Positions 1 through 9,623 of a stretch of DNA of 32,000 nt are shown one piece after another; the first letter of the stretch is position 1; each line of letters opens with the position of its first letter. The stretch comes from Synechococcus elongatus PCC 6301 (lineage in GTDB: Bacteria; Cyanobacteriota; Cyanobacteriia; Synechococcales; Synechococcaceae). The notes under the pieces are model-generated. The model was not told the origin of the DNA. It did not search any database and worked only from the letters and a program-made list of their open reading frames with translations. The position numbers and the translations under genes were made by a program. Location: positions 2,400,001 through 2,432,000 of the forward strand of contig NC_006576.1 of the NCBI RefSeq assembly GCF_000010065.1. Direction: 5' to 3'.

Positions 1-430
1 GCTGGCAGACTTCAGCCCAGCGATGCAGCCCCAGTTGTAGTGCTTGGCGTAATTCAGTCAAGGAACAATCGACAATCTTGGCCCAAGCTTCAAAGGAAGG
101 ACGGTGACCCAGCTGCGCGGTCAGGCGATCGCGGCCTTCCTGCAGGTCAACGTAATCCTTGAGAACCCCTCCTTCTTCAACGGCGACGCAATTCCGAACC
201 GCCAACAACTGCATGTAGCGCTGCACCCACCGTGCCTCACTCACCTCTTCATCGCGCCCAAGGAGACGGACTCGCCCGATGTCTTGTAAATACAGCCGAA
301 TCAGATCGGTTGACTGGCGGCTAGAGACCGCTGTTTCCACGGCTTCAGAACTTGGAGTTTCTGACAAGTTAGCGACGTCAGACGAAACTGCTTCGTATTC
401 CGTGGAATGAGTGAAATAGGCAGCCGTCAT
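1..430 (-). CDS. Group 2 (type II) sigma-70 family RNA polymerase sigma factor, N-terminal part; continues beyond window start
   Basis: Manual reverse-strand translation from ATG at 430: MTAAYFTHSTEYEAVSSDVANLSETPSSEAVETAVSSRQSTDLIRLYLQDIGRVRLLGRDEEVSEARWVQRYMQLLAVRNC...; 'TDLIRLYLQDIGR..LL' is typical sigma region 1.2 of cyanobacterial sigma factors. Possibly sigC, not certain. Confidence 0.85.
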   Translation of the reverse strand, partial: MTAAYFTHSTEYEAVSSDVANLSETPSSEAVETAVSSRQSTDLIRLYLQDIGRVRLLGRDEEVSEARWVQRYMQLLAVRNCVAVEEGGVLKDYVDLQEGRDRLTAQLGHRPSFEAWAKIVDCSLTELRQALQLGLHRWAEVCQ

Positions 431-1240
431 GGTGAATATCCAGTTTATTACAGGGATAACGACTGGCTGGAGCGATGCAATATTTTGCCGTCGACTTCAA
501 GGCCAGTGCTTATCTGGAAAATAGTCTCTCTATAAAAAATAAAATTCTTGCCAGTGCCCCAGCTCTCTTTAGATTTTGGCCAAAATGTAAGTCCTCGGTA
601 AAGCCCAGATGTTGCTTTGATATTTGCCCAGTTCAGTGCTTGGTTTCTTGAACTTTTGTATCCCTCTAGCTCACCATTGAGAACCATCAAGAATTCTGAG
701 AAAACATGTGGCATCAACGCTGAGTTTGCATTGTTGGCGATCGCTCGTCTGAAATGACTCCCCTACTCGGAATCCAGCCTAGAGGGCCATTGCGGCTTTG
801 CCCTAGGAGAATCGTGATTCTATGAGTGAGCCTCTGGGCTCTGGGGGCGCTGGAAAGGGTGCTTGCCTGCTGGCTTGGGGCTGTTAGAGCTGCAAAAATC
901 TTTCTCAATGCGGCGTCCAGCCCCGCTTGGCTGTATTCTTGTTTCTCGACAGCGCCGAGTATGATGGAGGTTCCCCGCAATTCCCAGGAATGGGTCGGAA
1001 CTCTTTAGCGCTTCATGCTCTTCATTTCCCTGTATGACGCAGCAGCTCGTAAAATCTGTGAGCAAAACTGGTTTTCGCTGGTGCTTCTCGAGCAGGTTTA
1101 GAGTCTTGGCATGATGGACAGAAGCGCGAGTCTACAGAAGCTGTCATTACCAAAACTCTGTGTGCCGATGCGCCGCCAGACAATGGGCGCAGAGTTGTCT
1201 GCTTTCGCTATCGATGCTGTTTGGGGTTAGGAGGTTGTCA

Positions 1241-2278
1241 TTGTCACAGGGCTATCGCGTTGCAATTCTTGGAGCGACCGGTGCAGTTGGCACTGAGCTA
1301 CTGCAGATCCTAGAAGAGCGTCAGTTTCCGATCGCTGAGTTACGGCTGTTAGCTTCCCCTCGTTCTGCGGGCCAAACCCTGACTTTTGCAGGAGAAACGC
1401 TGACGATCCAAGAAGCGACTCCCAGCGCCTTCCAAGGTCTTGATATCGTCTTAGCCTCCGCGGGGGGCAGCACCTCCAAAGCGTTGGCAGAAGCGATCGT
1501 GGCTGCGGGTGCTGTCATGATCGATAACTCCAGCGCCTTTCGGATGGATCCGACAGTCCCCTTAGTAGTGCCTGAGGTCAATCCAGAAGCCGCAGCCCAG
1601 CACCAAGGCATCATCGCTAACCCTAACTGCACGACAATTTTGATGGCGATCGCGCTGTGGCCGTTGCAGCAGCGCCATCCGATCCGCCGGATTGTGGTCT
1701 CCACCTACCAATCGGCTAGTGGTGCTGGGGCGCGGGCGATGGCAGAAGTCCAAGAGCAAAGCCGAGCCATTCTTGCCGGTCAACCCGCGATCGCTGAAAT
1801 CCTGCCCTATCCCTTGGCTTTCAACCTCTTCCCCCACAACTCGCCTCTGACTGAGTCGGGCTACTGCGAAGAAGAGCTGAAGATGCTCAACGAAAGTCGT
1901 AAGATTTTTGGCCTGCCCGACCTTAAGCTGACGGCTACCTGTGTGCGAGTGCCTGTGCTGCGTGCTCACTCAGAAGCCATTAACGTCGAATTCACGGAGC
2001 CGTTCTCGGTGGCTGAAGCCCGGGAAGCGATCGCAGCTGCTCCTGGGGCGAGACTGCTAGAAGACTGGGACCGCAACTACTTCCCGATGCCGATTGAAGC
2101 CAGCGGCGAGGATGACGTCTTAGTCGGACGTATCCGTCAGGATCTGTCGGAACCAAACGCCTTGGAATTGTGGATCTGTGGCGATCAGATTCGCAAAGGT
2201 GCAGCTCTCAATGCAGTGCAGATTGCCGAACTACTGGTGAAACGCCAGTGGCTGCGATCGCCGGCTCTGACTCACTAA
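1241..2278 (+). CDS. asd: Aspartate-semialdehyde dehydrogenase
   Basis: [27 protein letters not shown] (Rossmann), [13 protein letters not shown] (active-site Cys), [21 protein letters not shown] open from 1160 but homology starts about residue 28; TTG at 1241 (or 1235) is the probable start. Confidence 0.93.
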   Translation: MSQGYRVAILGATGAVGTELLQILEERQFPIAELRLLASPRSAGQTLTFAGETLTIQEATPSAFQGLDIVLASAGGSTSKALAEAIVAAGAVMIDNSSAFRMDPTVPLVVPEVNPEAAAQHQGIIANPNCTTILMAIALWPLQQRHPIRRIVVSTYQSASGAGARAMAEVQEQSRAILAGQPAIAEILPYPLAFNLFPHNSPLTESGYCEEELKMLNESRKIFGLPDLKLTATCVRVPVLRAHSEAINVEFTEPFSVAEAREAIAAAPGARLLEDWDRNYFPMPIEASGEDDVLVGRIRQDLSEPNALELWICGDQIRKGAALNAVQIAELLVKRQWLRSPALTH

Positions 2279-2282
2279 ACGT

Positions 2283-3194
2283 TTGCAGCACGCGATGCCC
2301 CAGCCTTATCCCTTCGGCCGTGTGATCACGGCCATGATTACTCCATTCAATGCCGAGGGCCAGGTGGCCTACGACATTGCTCAGTCCTTAGCTGTCCACC
2401 TGGTTGAACAGGGCAGTGATGGCCTTGTGATTTGTGGCACCACTGGTGAGTCACCCACCCTCACTTGGGAAGAAGAACTGCAACTGTTCCGGGCCGTGAA
2501 AGAAGCAGTGGGCGATCGTGCCGCTGTGATTGCCGGCACTGGCTCCAATTGCACCCGTGAGGCGATCGCGGCCACCCAAAGTGCTGCAACCCTTGGGCTA
2601 AACGGTAGCTTGCAAGTGGTGCCCTACTATAACAAGCCACCCCAGGAAGGGCTGTATGCTCATTTTCGGGCGATCGCTGAAGCCTGTCCCGACCTGCCCC
2701 TGATGCTGTACAACATCCCTGGGCGAACCGGTCAAAGCCTTCAACCCGAAACGGTTGCTAGACTGGCGTCACTCCCGAATGTGGTCGCCATCAAAGCAGC
2801 CAGTGGCAATGTTGAAGAAGTCAGCGCGCTGCGTCAGCTGCTGCCCGATTCCTTTGCCATCTACTCCGGTGATGACTCGCTCACCCTGCCGATGCTGGCA
2901 GTCGGTGCCCAAGGCGTGGTTAGCGTTGCCAGCCATCTGGTTGGACCCCAGCTGCAAGCCCTCATCCAAGCGTTCGAAGCAGGGAATGTGGCACGAGCGC
3001 AACAGTTGCACCATCAGCTCTACCCGCTGTTTAAGGCGTTGTTCCTGACCACCAATCCCATCCCTGTGCGAGCGGCTATGGAATTGCTGGGCTGGTCAAT
3101 CGGGCTTCCTCGTCTGCCCTTGGTGCCTGCGAGCGCAGAAATTCGTCAAGCGCTGGCGAGTTGTTTAACGGAACTCGGTCTTTACACCGCTTAG
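2283..3194 (+). CDS. dapA: 4-hydroxy-tetrahydrodipicolinate synthase
   Basis: [59 protein letters not shown]; start may be 2283 or the ATG at 2295. Confidence 0.95.
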   Translation: MQHAMPQPYPFGRVITAMITPFNAEGQVAYDIAQSLAVHLVEQGSDGLVICGTTGESPTLTWEEELQLFRAVKEAVGDRAAVIAGTGSNCTREAIAATQSAATLGLNGSLQVVPYYNKPPQEGLYAHFRAIAEACPDLPLMLYNIPGRTGQSLQPETVARLASLPNVVAIKAASGNVEEVSALRQLLPDSFAIYSGDDSLTLPMLAVGAQGVVSVASHLVGPQLQALIQAFEAGNVARAQQLHHQLYPLFKALFLTTNPIPVRAAMELLGWSIGLPRLPLVPASAEIRQALASCLTELGLYTA

Positions 3195-3224
3195 CAAGTT
3201 CCCCAAGTTTGTCCTTTCTTTTAC

Positions 3225-5072
3225 TTGTTGACTCTCAAGCCTATGCCTTCTCAAAAACCCATCATCGTCTCCAAAACCAGTGCTGCTGCTAGCTCTAGTT
3301 CTGACCGGCTGCGGATTATTCCCTTGGGCGGTCTTCACGAGATTGGCAAGAACACTTGTATCTACGAAGTCGGCGATGAAATTCTGCTGGTTGATGCTGG
3401 GTTAGCCTTCCCGACGGATGGGATGCATGGTGTAAATGTCGTGCTGCCCGACATGACCTACCTACGGGAAAATCAGCATCGCATTAAGGCGATGGTGGTC
3501 ACCCATGGTCACGAAGACCACATCGGTGGCATTCCCTTTCACTTGCGTCAGCTCGACATCCCGATCATCTATGGGCCACGTCTGGCGATGGCCTTGCTTG
3601 CCGGGAAGTTGGAGGAAGCCGGTGTTGTTGGCCGCGCCAATGTCAAAACCGTGCAACCCCGCGAAGTGGTGCGCATTGGTCAAAACTTCCTAGTCGAGTT
3701 CATTCGCAATACCCACTCGATCGCGGACAGTTTTACGCTGGCGATTCGCACACCCTTGGGTGTAGTGATTCACACCGGTGACTTTAAGTTCGACCACACG
3801 CCTGTGGATGGCGAAACCTTCGACATTCAACGGCTGGCAGATTACGGCGAACAAGGCGTTCTCTGTCTGGTCAGTGATTCGACCAACGCGGAGCTTCCCG
3901 GCTTCACGCCGTCTGAACGATCGGTTTTCCCCAATCTCGATCGTGCCTTTTCCCAGGCACAGGGTCGCTTGATTGTTACGACCTTTGCCTCATCGGTGCA
4001 CCGGGTCAACATGATCCTCGAGCTGGCGAAGAAGCATGGTCGCAAAGTCACAGTCCTAGGGCGATCGATGCTCAACGTCATCGCTCATGCCCGCAATTTG
4101 GGCTACATCCATTGCAGCGATGATCTGTTCCTGCCCCCGAAGGAGCTACGGGATCATCCCGATCGCGACGTGCTGATTTTGACCACCGGCAGCCAAGGCG
4201 AGCCGCTGGCAGCCCTGACGCGGATTGCGCGACAAGAGCATCCACAGGTCAAGATTCGCCAAGGCGACACGGTGATCTTCTCGGCCAACCCAATTCCGGG
4301 CAACACCATCTCTGTGGTCAACACGATTGACCAACTGATGATGCAGGGTGCTCACGTTGTTTACGGCAAGGGTGCCGGCATCCACGTTTCGGGACACGGC
4401 TGCCAAGAAGACCAAAAGCTGATGATCGCGCTGACCAAGCCGAAGTTCTTCGTGCCGGTCCACGGCGAGCACCGGATGTTGGTACAGCACTGCAAAACGG
4501 CCCAATCGATGGGCGTGCCGCCGGAACACATGATCGTGATCGACAACGGCGACACGGTGGAGCTGACGCCGGAATCGATTGGTTTGGGCGATCGCGTCAC
4601 CGCTGGGATTGAACTGGTCGATACCTCTCGTACGGGTTTGGTGGATGGCAAGGCGCTCAAAGAGCGTCAGCAGCTGGCCGAAGACGGCTTAGTCTCCCTG
4701 TCGGCACTGGTCAATAGCCAAGGTCAACTCGTCGACGCTCCCACGGTTCATCTACGGGGTGTTGTCACCTCGGCAGACCCGCGTCGCGTCAGCGTTTGGG
4801 CACAAAAAGAAGTGGAAATGGCGCTCGACAATCGTTGGGCTGACTACTGTCGCCGCTTGCCCAGTGGTGAGCTGGATGTCGATTGGGTGGGTCTACATGC
4901 CGAGGTCGAAGTAGGGATGCAACGCCGCCTCAAGCGGGAGCTGCAATGCGTGCCAATGATTCTCTGTACCTTGCAGTCAGTGCCTAGCGTGGCAGCACAG
5001 CCCGCTGAAGAAGATAACCGCATGCGCCGCCGCCGTTCTTCAGCTCCGATCAAAGTGGGCGCCAAGCTCTAA
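3225..5072 (+). CDS. rnj: Ribonuclease J (metallo-beta-lactamase/beta-CASP nuclease)
   Basis: IIPLGGLHEIGKNT, VTHGHEDHIGGIPF, HTGDFKFDHTPVDG, TTGSQGEPLAALTRIA, HVSGHGCQEDQKLM, PVHGEHRML. Confidence 0.93.
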   Translation: MLTLKPMPSQKPIIVSKTSAAASSSSDRLRIIPLGGLHEIGKNTCIYEVGDEILLVDAGLAFPTDGMHGVNVVLPDMTYLRENQHRIKAMVVTHGHEDHIGGIPFHLRQLDIPIIYGPRLAMALLAGKLEEAGVVGRANVKTVQPREVVRIGQNFLVEFIRNTHSIADSFTLAIRTPLGVVIHTGDFKFDHTPVDGETFDIQRLADYGEQGVLCLVSDSTNAELPGFTPSERSVFPNLDRAFSQAQGRLIVTTFASSVHRVNMILELAKKHGRKVTVLGRSMLNVIAHARNLGYIHCSDDLFLPPKELRDHPDRDVLILTTGSQGEPLAALTRIARQEHPQVKIRQGDTVIFSANPIPGNTISVVNTIDQLMMQGAHVVYGKGAGIHVSGHGCQEDQKLMIALTKPKFFVPVHGEHRMLVQHCKTAQSMGVPPEHMIVIDNGDTVELTPESIGLGDRVTAGIELVDTSRTGLVDGKALKERQQLAEDGLVSLSALVNSQGQLVDAPTVHLRGVVTSADPRRVSVWAQKEVEMALDNRWADYCRRLPSGELDVDWVGLHAEVEVGMQRRLKRELQCVPMILCTLQSVPSVAAQPAEEDNRMRRRRSSAPIKVGAKL

Positions 5073-5099
5073 ACCCTAAGAGCGATCGCTCTTTACGTC

Positions 5100-5127
5100 A
5101 AAGCCCCTGCATTGCAGGGGCTTTTTC
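5100..5127 (+). terminator. Intrinsic terminator-like hairpin after rnj
   Basis: aaGCCCCTGcattGCAGGGGCtttttct: strong GC stem followed by T tract. Confidence 0.8.
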
Positions 5128-5170
5128 TGTTGAGGGAGGGGTCAGATGCGATTGCAACGTCGTGAAGAGC

Positions 5171-5398
5171 TTAGGCTATAGACTCCGCGAGTTGCAGAAA
5201 CTGATGGCGTTCTAGAGTCACTTCGCCGTGATCCGGCACCCACGCAATCCAGGCATCATTCAAGGCTTCACACATCAAGAGAGCACGGTCGTAGCTGTAC
5301 TCAGAACAGCGATCGCGCAATTGCACCCACTGGCGCGGCATTGGAACGAACCGATCTGAAGCCGCAATGCCCTGAGAAACTGGAAGAATCGTGCTCAT
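5171..5398 (-). CDS. Hypothetical protein, 75 aa
   Basis: ORF MSTILPVSQGIAASDRFVPMPRQWVQLRDRCSEYSYDRALLMCEALNDAWIAWVPDHGEVTLERHQFLQLAESIA, not overlapped by a better ORF; protein-like composition. Confidence 0.6.
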   Translation of the reverse strand: MSTILPVSQGIAASDRFVPMPRQWVQLRDRCSEYSYDRALLMCEALNDAWIAWVPDHGEVTLERHQFLQLAESIA

Positions 5399-5563
5399 GG
5401 GCCACCTTTGGTAGCAACGGATACAAAAATTCTAGGTTTTGGTATTTGGCGATCGCTGAATTCCGGAACAAACTTAACCTCCTGTTGAGCCATGGGCAGA
5501 GAAGGTTGGTCAAGAGTCCTGAGCGCGACAGGCGAGAATAGAGAGCGATCGCTGCAGAAGTTC

Positions 5564-6016
5564 ATGACCGAAACGCTCACTCAACTCGGCCAAATGGTTG
5601 GCCTGCCGGCTAGCCCAGAGGTTGCCGTTCTAGAAACCTTCGACAACCCCCACCCCGATCGCCAGTACCTCGTGCGGTTTGTTGCGCCGGAATTCACCTC
5701 GCTTTGCCCGCTGACAGGGCAGCCGGATTTTGCTCATTTGGTGCTCGACTACGTTCCCGATCAACGGTTGGTCGAAAGCAAGTCACTCAAGCTGTTTTTG
5801 GGCAGCTTCCGCAATCACGGTGCCTTCCACGAAAACTGTACCCTCACGATCGCCAAGCGCCTCGAAGAAGCGATGAACCCGACGTGGCTACGCTTGGGCG
5901 GTTACTGGTATCCGCGCGGTGGTTTGCCGATCGATGTCTTCTACCAATCGGGGGAACCGCCGGCTGGCGTTTGGGTACCAGAGCAAGGGGTTGCACCCTA
6001 TCGGGGTCGCGGCTGA
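5564..6016 (+). CDS. queF: NADPH-dependent 7-cyano-7-deazaguanine (preQ0) reductase QueF
   Basis: [51 protein letters not shown]; internal ATG at 5564 is the probable start within the 5492 ORF. Confidence 0.93.
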   Translation: MTETLTQLGQMVGLPASPEVAVLETFDNPHPDRQYLVRFVAPEFTSLCPLTGQPDFAHLVLDYVPDQRLVESKSLKLFLGSFRNHGAFHENCTLTIAKRLEEAMNPTWLRLGGYWYPRGGLPIDVFYQSGEPPAGVWVPEQGVAPYRGRG

Positions 6017-6825
6017 TGCCAGCGGCAACTGAGACAGTTCAGCAGGCAGCGGTAGCCGACTTTCGTTACACACCTCCACCCGCAGCAGCTACGGCTCGAC
6101 GGATTCTCGTCAAACCCAATCTGGGCTATCCGGTGGGGCCGCCTGTCACCGTGGGGATGCCGGTATTGAAAGCTGTGCTGACGGGACTGCGACAGGTTAA
6201 TCCCAGCGCCGAAATCCTGATCGTGGAAGGGGTTTGCTCACCGGTGCCTCTGTCTGAAATTGCCGATCGCTTGGGGGTGCGATCGCTCTTGGATGAGGGC
6301 ATGCAGCTTTTGGATGCTGACCAGCTGCCCCAGGCAGAATATCCCAATCGACTACCGAGCCCGACCCGCTTTGCCAGCCTTTGGGCTCCGCGGCTGCTAG
6401 CGGAAGTGGACTGCCGAATCACGGTCGGGACGCTCAAACAGACCAATCTCCAGAGCAGTCCGCTGATTTCTGCTTCGCTCAAAAATCTCTACGGACTGCT
6501 GCCGCGCGATCGCTACAAAGCGCGGAGTAGCCACTCGCGGGGACAACTGCATCGCCCTTCGGTGCCATTGGTGTTGCGCGACGTCTGGGGCTGCATTGGC
6601 CATCTGTTCGATGGGGCAGTCGTGGATGGCAGTTGGCGCTACATTAGTCCCGACTGGAAACCCGATCGCGCCAAGGCGGGTCAATGGCTCGGCCAAGTGA
6701 TCTGGGGAGAGGATCCGATCGCGGTGGACCGCCAAGCCTGTCGTGTGGCTCAGTTCGAGGAACCGGAGTATCTGCAAACCTTGGCACAGTGGCGACAAAA
6801 CCTCTTGACATGCCCCCCGTCCTAA
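6016..6825 (+). CDS. DUF362 (iron-sulfur/MoaA-associated type) domain protein; C-terminus appears altered by the adjacent tnpB element
   Basis: RRILVKPNLGYPVG, ILIVEGVCSP, DCRITVGTLKQTNL..ISASLKNLYGLLPR, WGEDPIAVDRQACRVA; ATG at 6016 overlaps the queF TGA (TGATG). The last codons (ACATGCCCCCCGTCCTAA) fall in the element end. Confidence 0.72.
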   Translation: MPAATETVQQAAVADFRYTPPPAAATARRILVKPNLGYPVGPPVTVGMPVLKAVLTGLRQVNPSAEILIVEGVCSPVPLSEIADRLGVRSLLDEGMQLLDADQLPQAEYPNRLPSPTRFASLWAPRLLAEVDCRITVGTLKQTNLQSSPLISASLKNLYGLLPRDRYKARSSHSRGQLHRPSVPLVLRDVWGCIGHLFDGAVVDGSWRYISPDWKPDRAKAGQWLGQVIWGEDPIAVDRQACRVAQFEEPEYLQTLAQWRQNLLTCPPS

Positions 6826-6960
6826 AGAACAGGGATTCAAACAGCCTCGCGGCTTGTTCTTACTGGTTCAGCGACTGCACTTACAGAAGTGGGTTGCCCT
6901 ACTTCGGCAGAGGTGCTTATCTCCCCAGTCGTTTGCTCTTGCGACCCGGTTTCGGCATGC
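6805..6960 (-). ncRNA. Candidate omegaRNA/reRNA spanning the 3' end of tnpB and the element right end
   Basis: Position by analogy with characterised TnpB elements; terminal hairpin CCCTGTTC-TTTA-GGACGGGG. 5' boundary arbitrary. Confidence 0.35.
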
Positions 6961-8105
6961 CCTGCCGTACCGTTGTTCCATTCCGCGCCGACGACTTCTA
7001 ACCCTCGCTTGAGGATATTGAGCGCGGCATTTTGGTCGCGGCAAATCGTTAAGCCGCAGTGTGGGCAGTCATGGGTTCTGGTCGAGAGTGACTTCTGCAC
7101 CCGATAACCGCAACCAGAGCAGTCTTGGCTGGTGTAGGCCGGATTAACCGCGACGACGACTTTTCTCCAAAGTTTGCCGTAGTAGCCCAGCCAGTGGGTG
7201 AACTGCGTCCAGCCTGCATCGTGGATGGATTTTGCTAAGTGTCGGCTGCGAACTAAGTTAGGCACCCGCAAATCTTCATAGACCACGATGTCGTTAGACA
7301 CCATTACGCGCCGTGCTTGTTCAATAGCCCAGCTTTTACGTTGGCGCTGAATTTTGAGGTGGACTTTGCCCATTCGCTGACGTTGCTTGTGGTAGTTCTT
7401 GCTCTGAGGCTTCGCTCCTTTCTTGAACCGCTTGGATAGCCGCCGTTGGGCCCGTCTGAGCCGCTTTTCTCCCTTGCGGAAAAACTTGGGACAAGCAACC
7501 TCAGCGCCATTAGAGTCCTTGGTGAAATACTTCAGCCCCAAGTCCAAGCCAATGACGTTGCCGCTGTAGACTCCAGCTTCCTGTCGTTCTACGTCCAAAC
7601 AGAACTGAGCGTAGTACCCATCAGCACGGCGCACCACCCGAACGCGGTTGATTTTGGATGACAGAATTAACTGCCGAGCAGAACCGTCCAACCACAGCTC
7701 CAACTGACCCGCCTTAAAACCGTCGGTGAACGTGATCGACATCCCATCATCCGAGAGTTTCCAGCCCGACGTTTTGTACTCCACTGAGCGGGAATGCTTT
7801 TTGAACTTGGGATAGCCCTTGTGTTTCGCGCCCTCCTTGCAACGGCGATAAAAAGACTGAATCGACTGCCAAGTCCGTTCCGCGGCTGCTTGTCGAGCCT
7901 GCGAATTCAGCAAGCCCATCCAAGGCTGCTCAGCATCTTTAGCTAAGACAGCACAGAACTTTTGCAAGTCGTTTTTGCTAACCCCAGCGTTGTCTCGCCA
8001 GTAGCGAAGACAGCGGTTGTGGACACACTGAGCCGTGCGGATTGCTGCATCGAGTTGGGCAAACTGCTCAGGGGTTCCAGCTAACTTGGCTTCACGGATT
8101 AACAT
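6837..8105 (-). CDS. tnpB: RNA-guided endonuclease TnpB family protein, 422 aa
   Basis: RuvC-like motifs VIGLDLGLKYF, DIVVYEDLRVPNL, CRDQNAALNIL; zinc finger CSGCG...CPHCG; N-terminal AAIRTAQCVHNRCLRYW. Confidence 0.93.
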   Translation of the reverse strand: MLIREAKLAGTPEQFAQLDAAIRTAQCVHNRCLRYWRDNAGVSKNDLQKFCAVLAKDAEQPWMGLLNSQARQAAAERTWQSIQSFYRRCKEGAKHKGYPKFKKHSRSVEYKTSGWKLSDDGMSITFTDGFKAGQLELWLDGSARQLILSSKINRVRVVRRADGYYAQFCLDVERQEAGVYSGNVIGLDLGLKYFTKDSNGAEVACPKFFRKGEKRLRRAQRRLSKRFKKGAKPQSKNYHKQRQRMGKVHLKIQRQRKSWAIEQARRVMVSNDIVVYEDLRVPNLVRSRHLAKSIHDAGWTQFTHWLGYYGKLWRKVVVAVNPAYTSQDCSGCGYRVQKSLSTRTHDCPHCGLTICRDQNAALNILKRGLEVVGAEWNNGTAGHAETGSQEQTTGEISTSAEVGQPTSVSAVAEPVRTSREAV

Positions 8106-8204
8106 AGTCTTATCCTGGCATTAGTCAGGATAAAGCTGTCCTCAAGGACGGGGCTTTAAACCCAGCGCCAAGGGTAAACTGATCCAGCGATCGCCGGAGC
8201 GGGT

Positions 8205-9572
8205 ATGGCTACTTTCTTCTCGCCGTTTCAGATTCAGCTGGGTTTGGGTGCTATCCCCCTTCAAGTCGGAGAGGCTTGCGATCGTCCCGCCCGATCGCTC
8301 ACGACCGATTCCCGCCAGATCCAACCCGGCGACATTTTTCTGGCCTTGCGGGGCGATCGCTTTGATGGCCATGACTTTGTCGCTCAAGCCCTTGCCGATG
8401 GTGCGATCGCTGCGATCGTCGATAGGGACTATCAGCCGCCCAGTGATTTAGCCGCGGGCCATCTCCTGCAAGTGGACAATACCCTTTGGGCTTATCAGGA
8501 AGTGGCGCGGCTCTGGCGACAGCGCTGTTCCTTGCCCCTGATTGGCATCACAGGATCCGTGGGCAAAACCACGACAAAAGAACTGATCGCCGCGATGCTG
8601 GCGGTGCGCGGGCCGGTGCTGAAACCGGAGGCCAACTACAACAACGAAATCGGCGTTCCCAAGACCGTTTTGCAGATCGATCCCGATCACCATTGGGCAG
8701 CCGTGCTGGAAATGGGAATGCGCGGCCGTGGTCAAATTGCCGAGCTAGCCCGCATTGCCCAGCCAAATATTGCGGTGATCACCAACGTCGGCACAGCCCA
8801 TATCGGTCTACTCGGATCCGAACAGGCGATCGCGGAAGCCAAGTGTGAACTGCTGGCGCAACTGTCCGGCACAGGGCTGGCAATTTTGAACGCTGATAAC
8901 CACCGCCTGATCGCGACGGCTCAACGGCTGAACTTACCGCGCTGTCGCACCTATGGCTTGCAGAATGGCGACTTGCAGGGTCAGCTTATTGATCTAGAAA
9001 CCTTGGTTGTTGAGGGTCAGCGCTTCCGGCTGCCGTTGCCCGGGGCTCACAACGCTCTTAACTTCCTCGCGGGTCTGGCGATCGCTCAGGAATTGGGGCT
9101 GGACTGGGAGGCTTTCCGCGACTTAAGCGTGACGCTGCCCCAAGGTCGGGCGCGGCGCATTGAACTGTCGCCGGATATCGTCCTGCTTGATGAAACCTAC
9201 AACGCGGGCTTGGAGTCGATGTTGGCAGCGCTGCAGCTTTTGGCGGATACGCCGGGCCAACGCCGGATTGCAGTGCTGGGCACGATGAAGGAATTGGGCG
9301 ATTTCAGCGAAACCTACCATCGCCAAGTTGGCGAAAAAGCGGCTGCCCTCGGTCTCGATCGCCTCTTGATCTATGCTGACCCGACAGAAGCGGCTGCCAT
9401 GCAAGCGGGAGCTTCTGCGATCGCCACGCAGATCTTCACCAACGCTGAGGATTTGCTAAGCGAGCTCCGCCAGTCTGTCCAGACGGGCGATCGCCTGCTG
9501 TTTAAAGCCTCGCGCAGTGTCGCCCTCGATCGCATCCTCGCGGACTTTGTGGCAGTCTACAGTGCTGTCTGA
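8205..9572 (+). CDS. murF: UDP-N-acetylmuramoyl-tripeptide--D-alanyl-D-alanine ligase
   Basis: RSLTTDSRQIQPGDIFLALRGDRFDGHDF, LIGITGSVGKTTTKELIAAML, NYNNEIGVPKTVLQI, VLEMGMRGRGQIAELA, ILNADN, LDETYNAGLESM. Confidence 0.95.
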   Translation: MATFFSPFQIQLGLGAIPLQVGEACDRPARSLTTDSRQIQPGDIFLALRGDRFDGHDFVAQALADGAIAAIVDRDYQPPSDLAAGHLLQVDNTLWAYQEVARLWRQRCSLPLIGITGSVGKTTTKELIAAMLAVRGPVLKPEANYNNEIGVPKTVLQIDPDHHWAAVLEMGMRGRGQIAELARIAQPNIAVITNVGTAHIGLLGSEQAIAEAKCELLAQLSGTGLAILNADNHRLIATAQRLNLPRCRTYGLQNGDLQGQLIDLETLVVEGQRFRLPLPGAHNALNFLAGLAIAQELGLDWEAFRDLSVTLPQGRARRIELSPDIVLLDETYNAGLESMLAALQLLADTPGQRRIAVLGTMKELGDFSETYHRQVGEKAAALGLDRLLIYADPTEAAAMQAGASAIATQIFTNAEDLLSELRQSVQTGDRLLFKASRSVALDRILADFVAVYSAV

Positions 9573-9623
9573 GCGACGTGAAGAAATGTTAACCTCAGCC
9601 TTGGACGATGTGGAGTGCAAGCT

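Larger units (their letters stand above)
6805..8155 (-). mobile_element. tnpB-only IS200/IS605-type (IS1341-like) insertion element; boundaries approximate
   Basis: Complete tnpB flanked by element-end hairpins: right end on the minus strand CCCTGTTCTTTAGGACGGGGGGCATGTCAA (about 6834-6805), left-end hairpins TTATCCTG/CAGGATAA (8110-8133) and GTCC/GGAC (8138-8149). No tnpA ORF present. Confidence 0.75.

Noticed and set aside
1321-1969. Overlapping minus-strand ORFs of 127 and 135 aa
   Set aside because: Shadow ORFs antisense to asd.
4146-4660. Minus-strand ORFs of 127 and 99 aa
   Set aside because: Antisense to the well-supported ribonuclease J gene; no recognisable protein features.
5704-6015. 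Upstream 104 codons of the 373 aa ORF ending at 6825
   Set aside because: This part is out of frame over queF; homology to DUF362 begins after the ATG at 6016.
8142-8387. 81 aa minus-strand ORF straddling the element left end and murF start
   Set aside because: Mostly antisense to murF N-terminal coding; its tail reads through element-end DNA.
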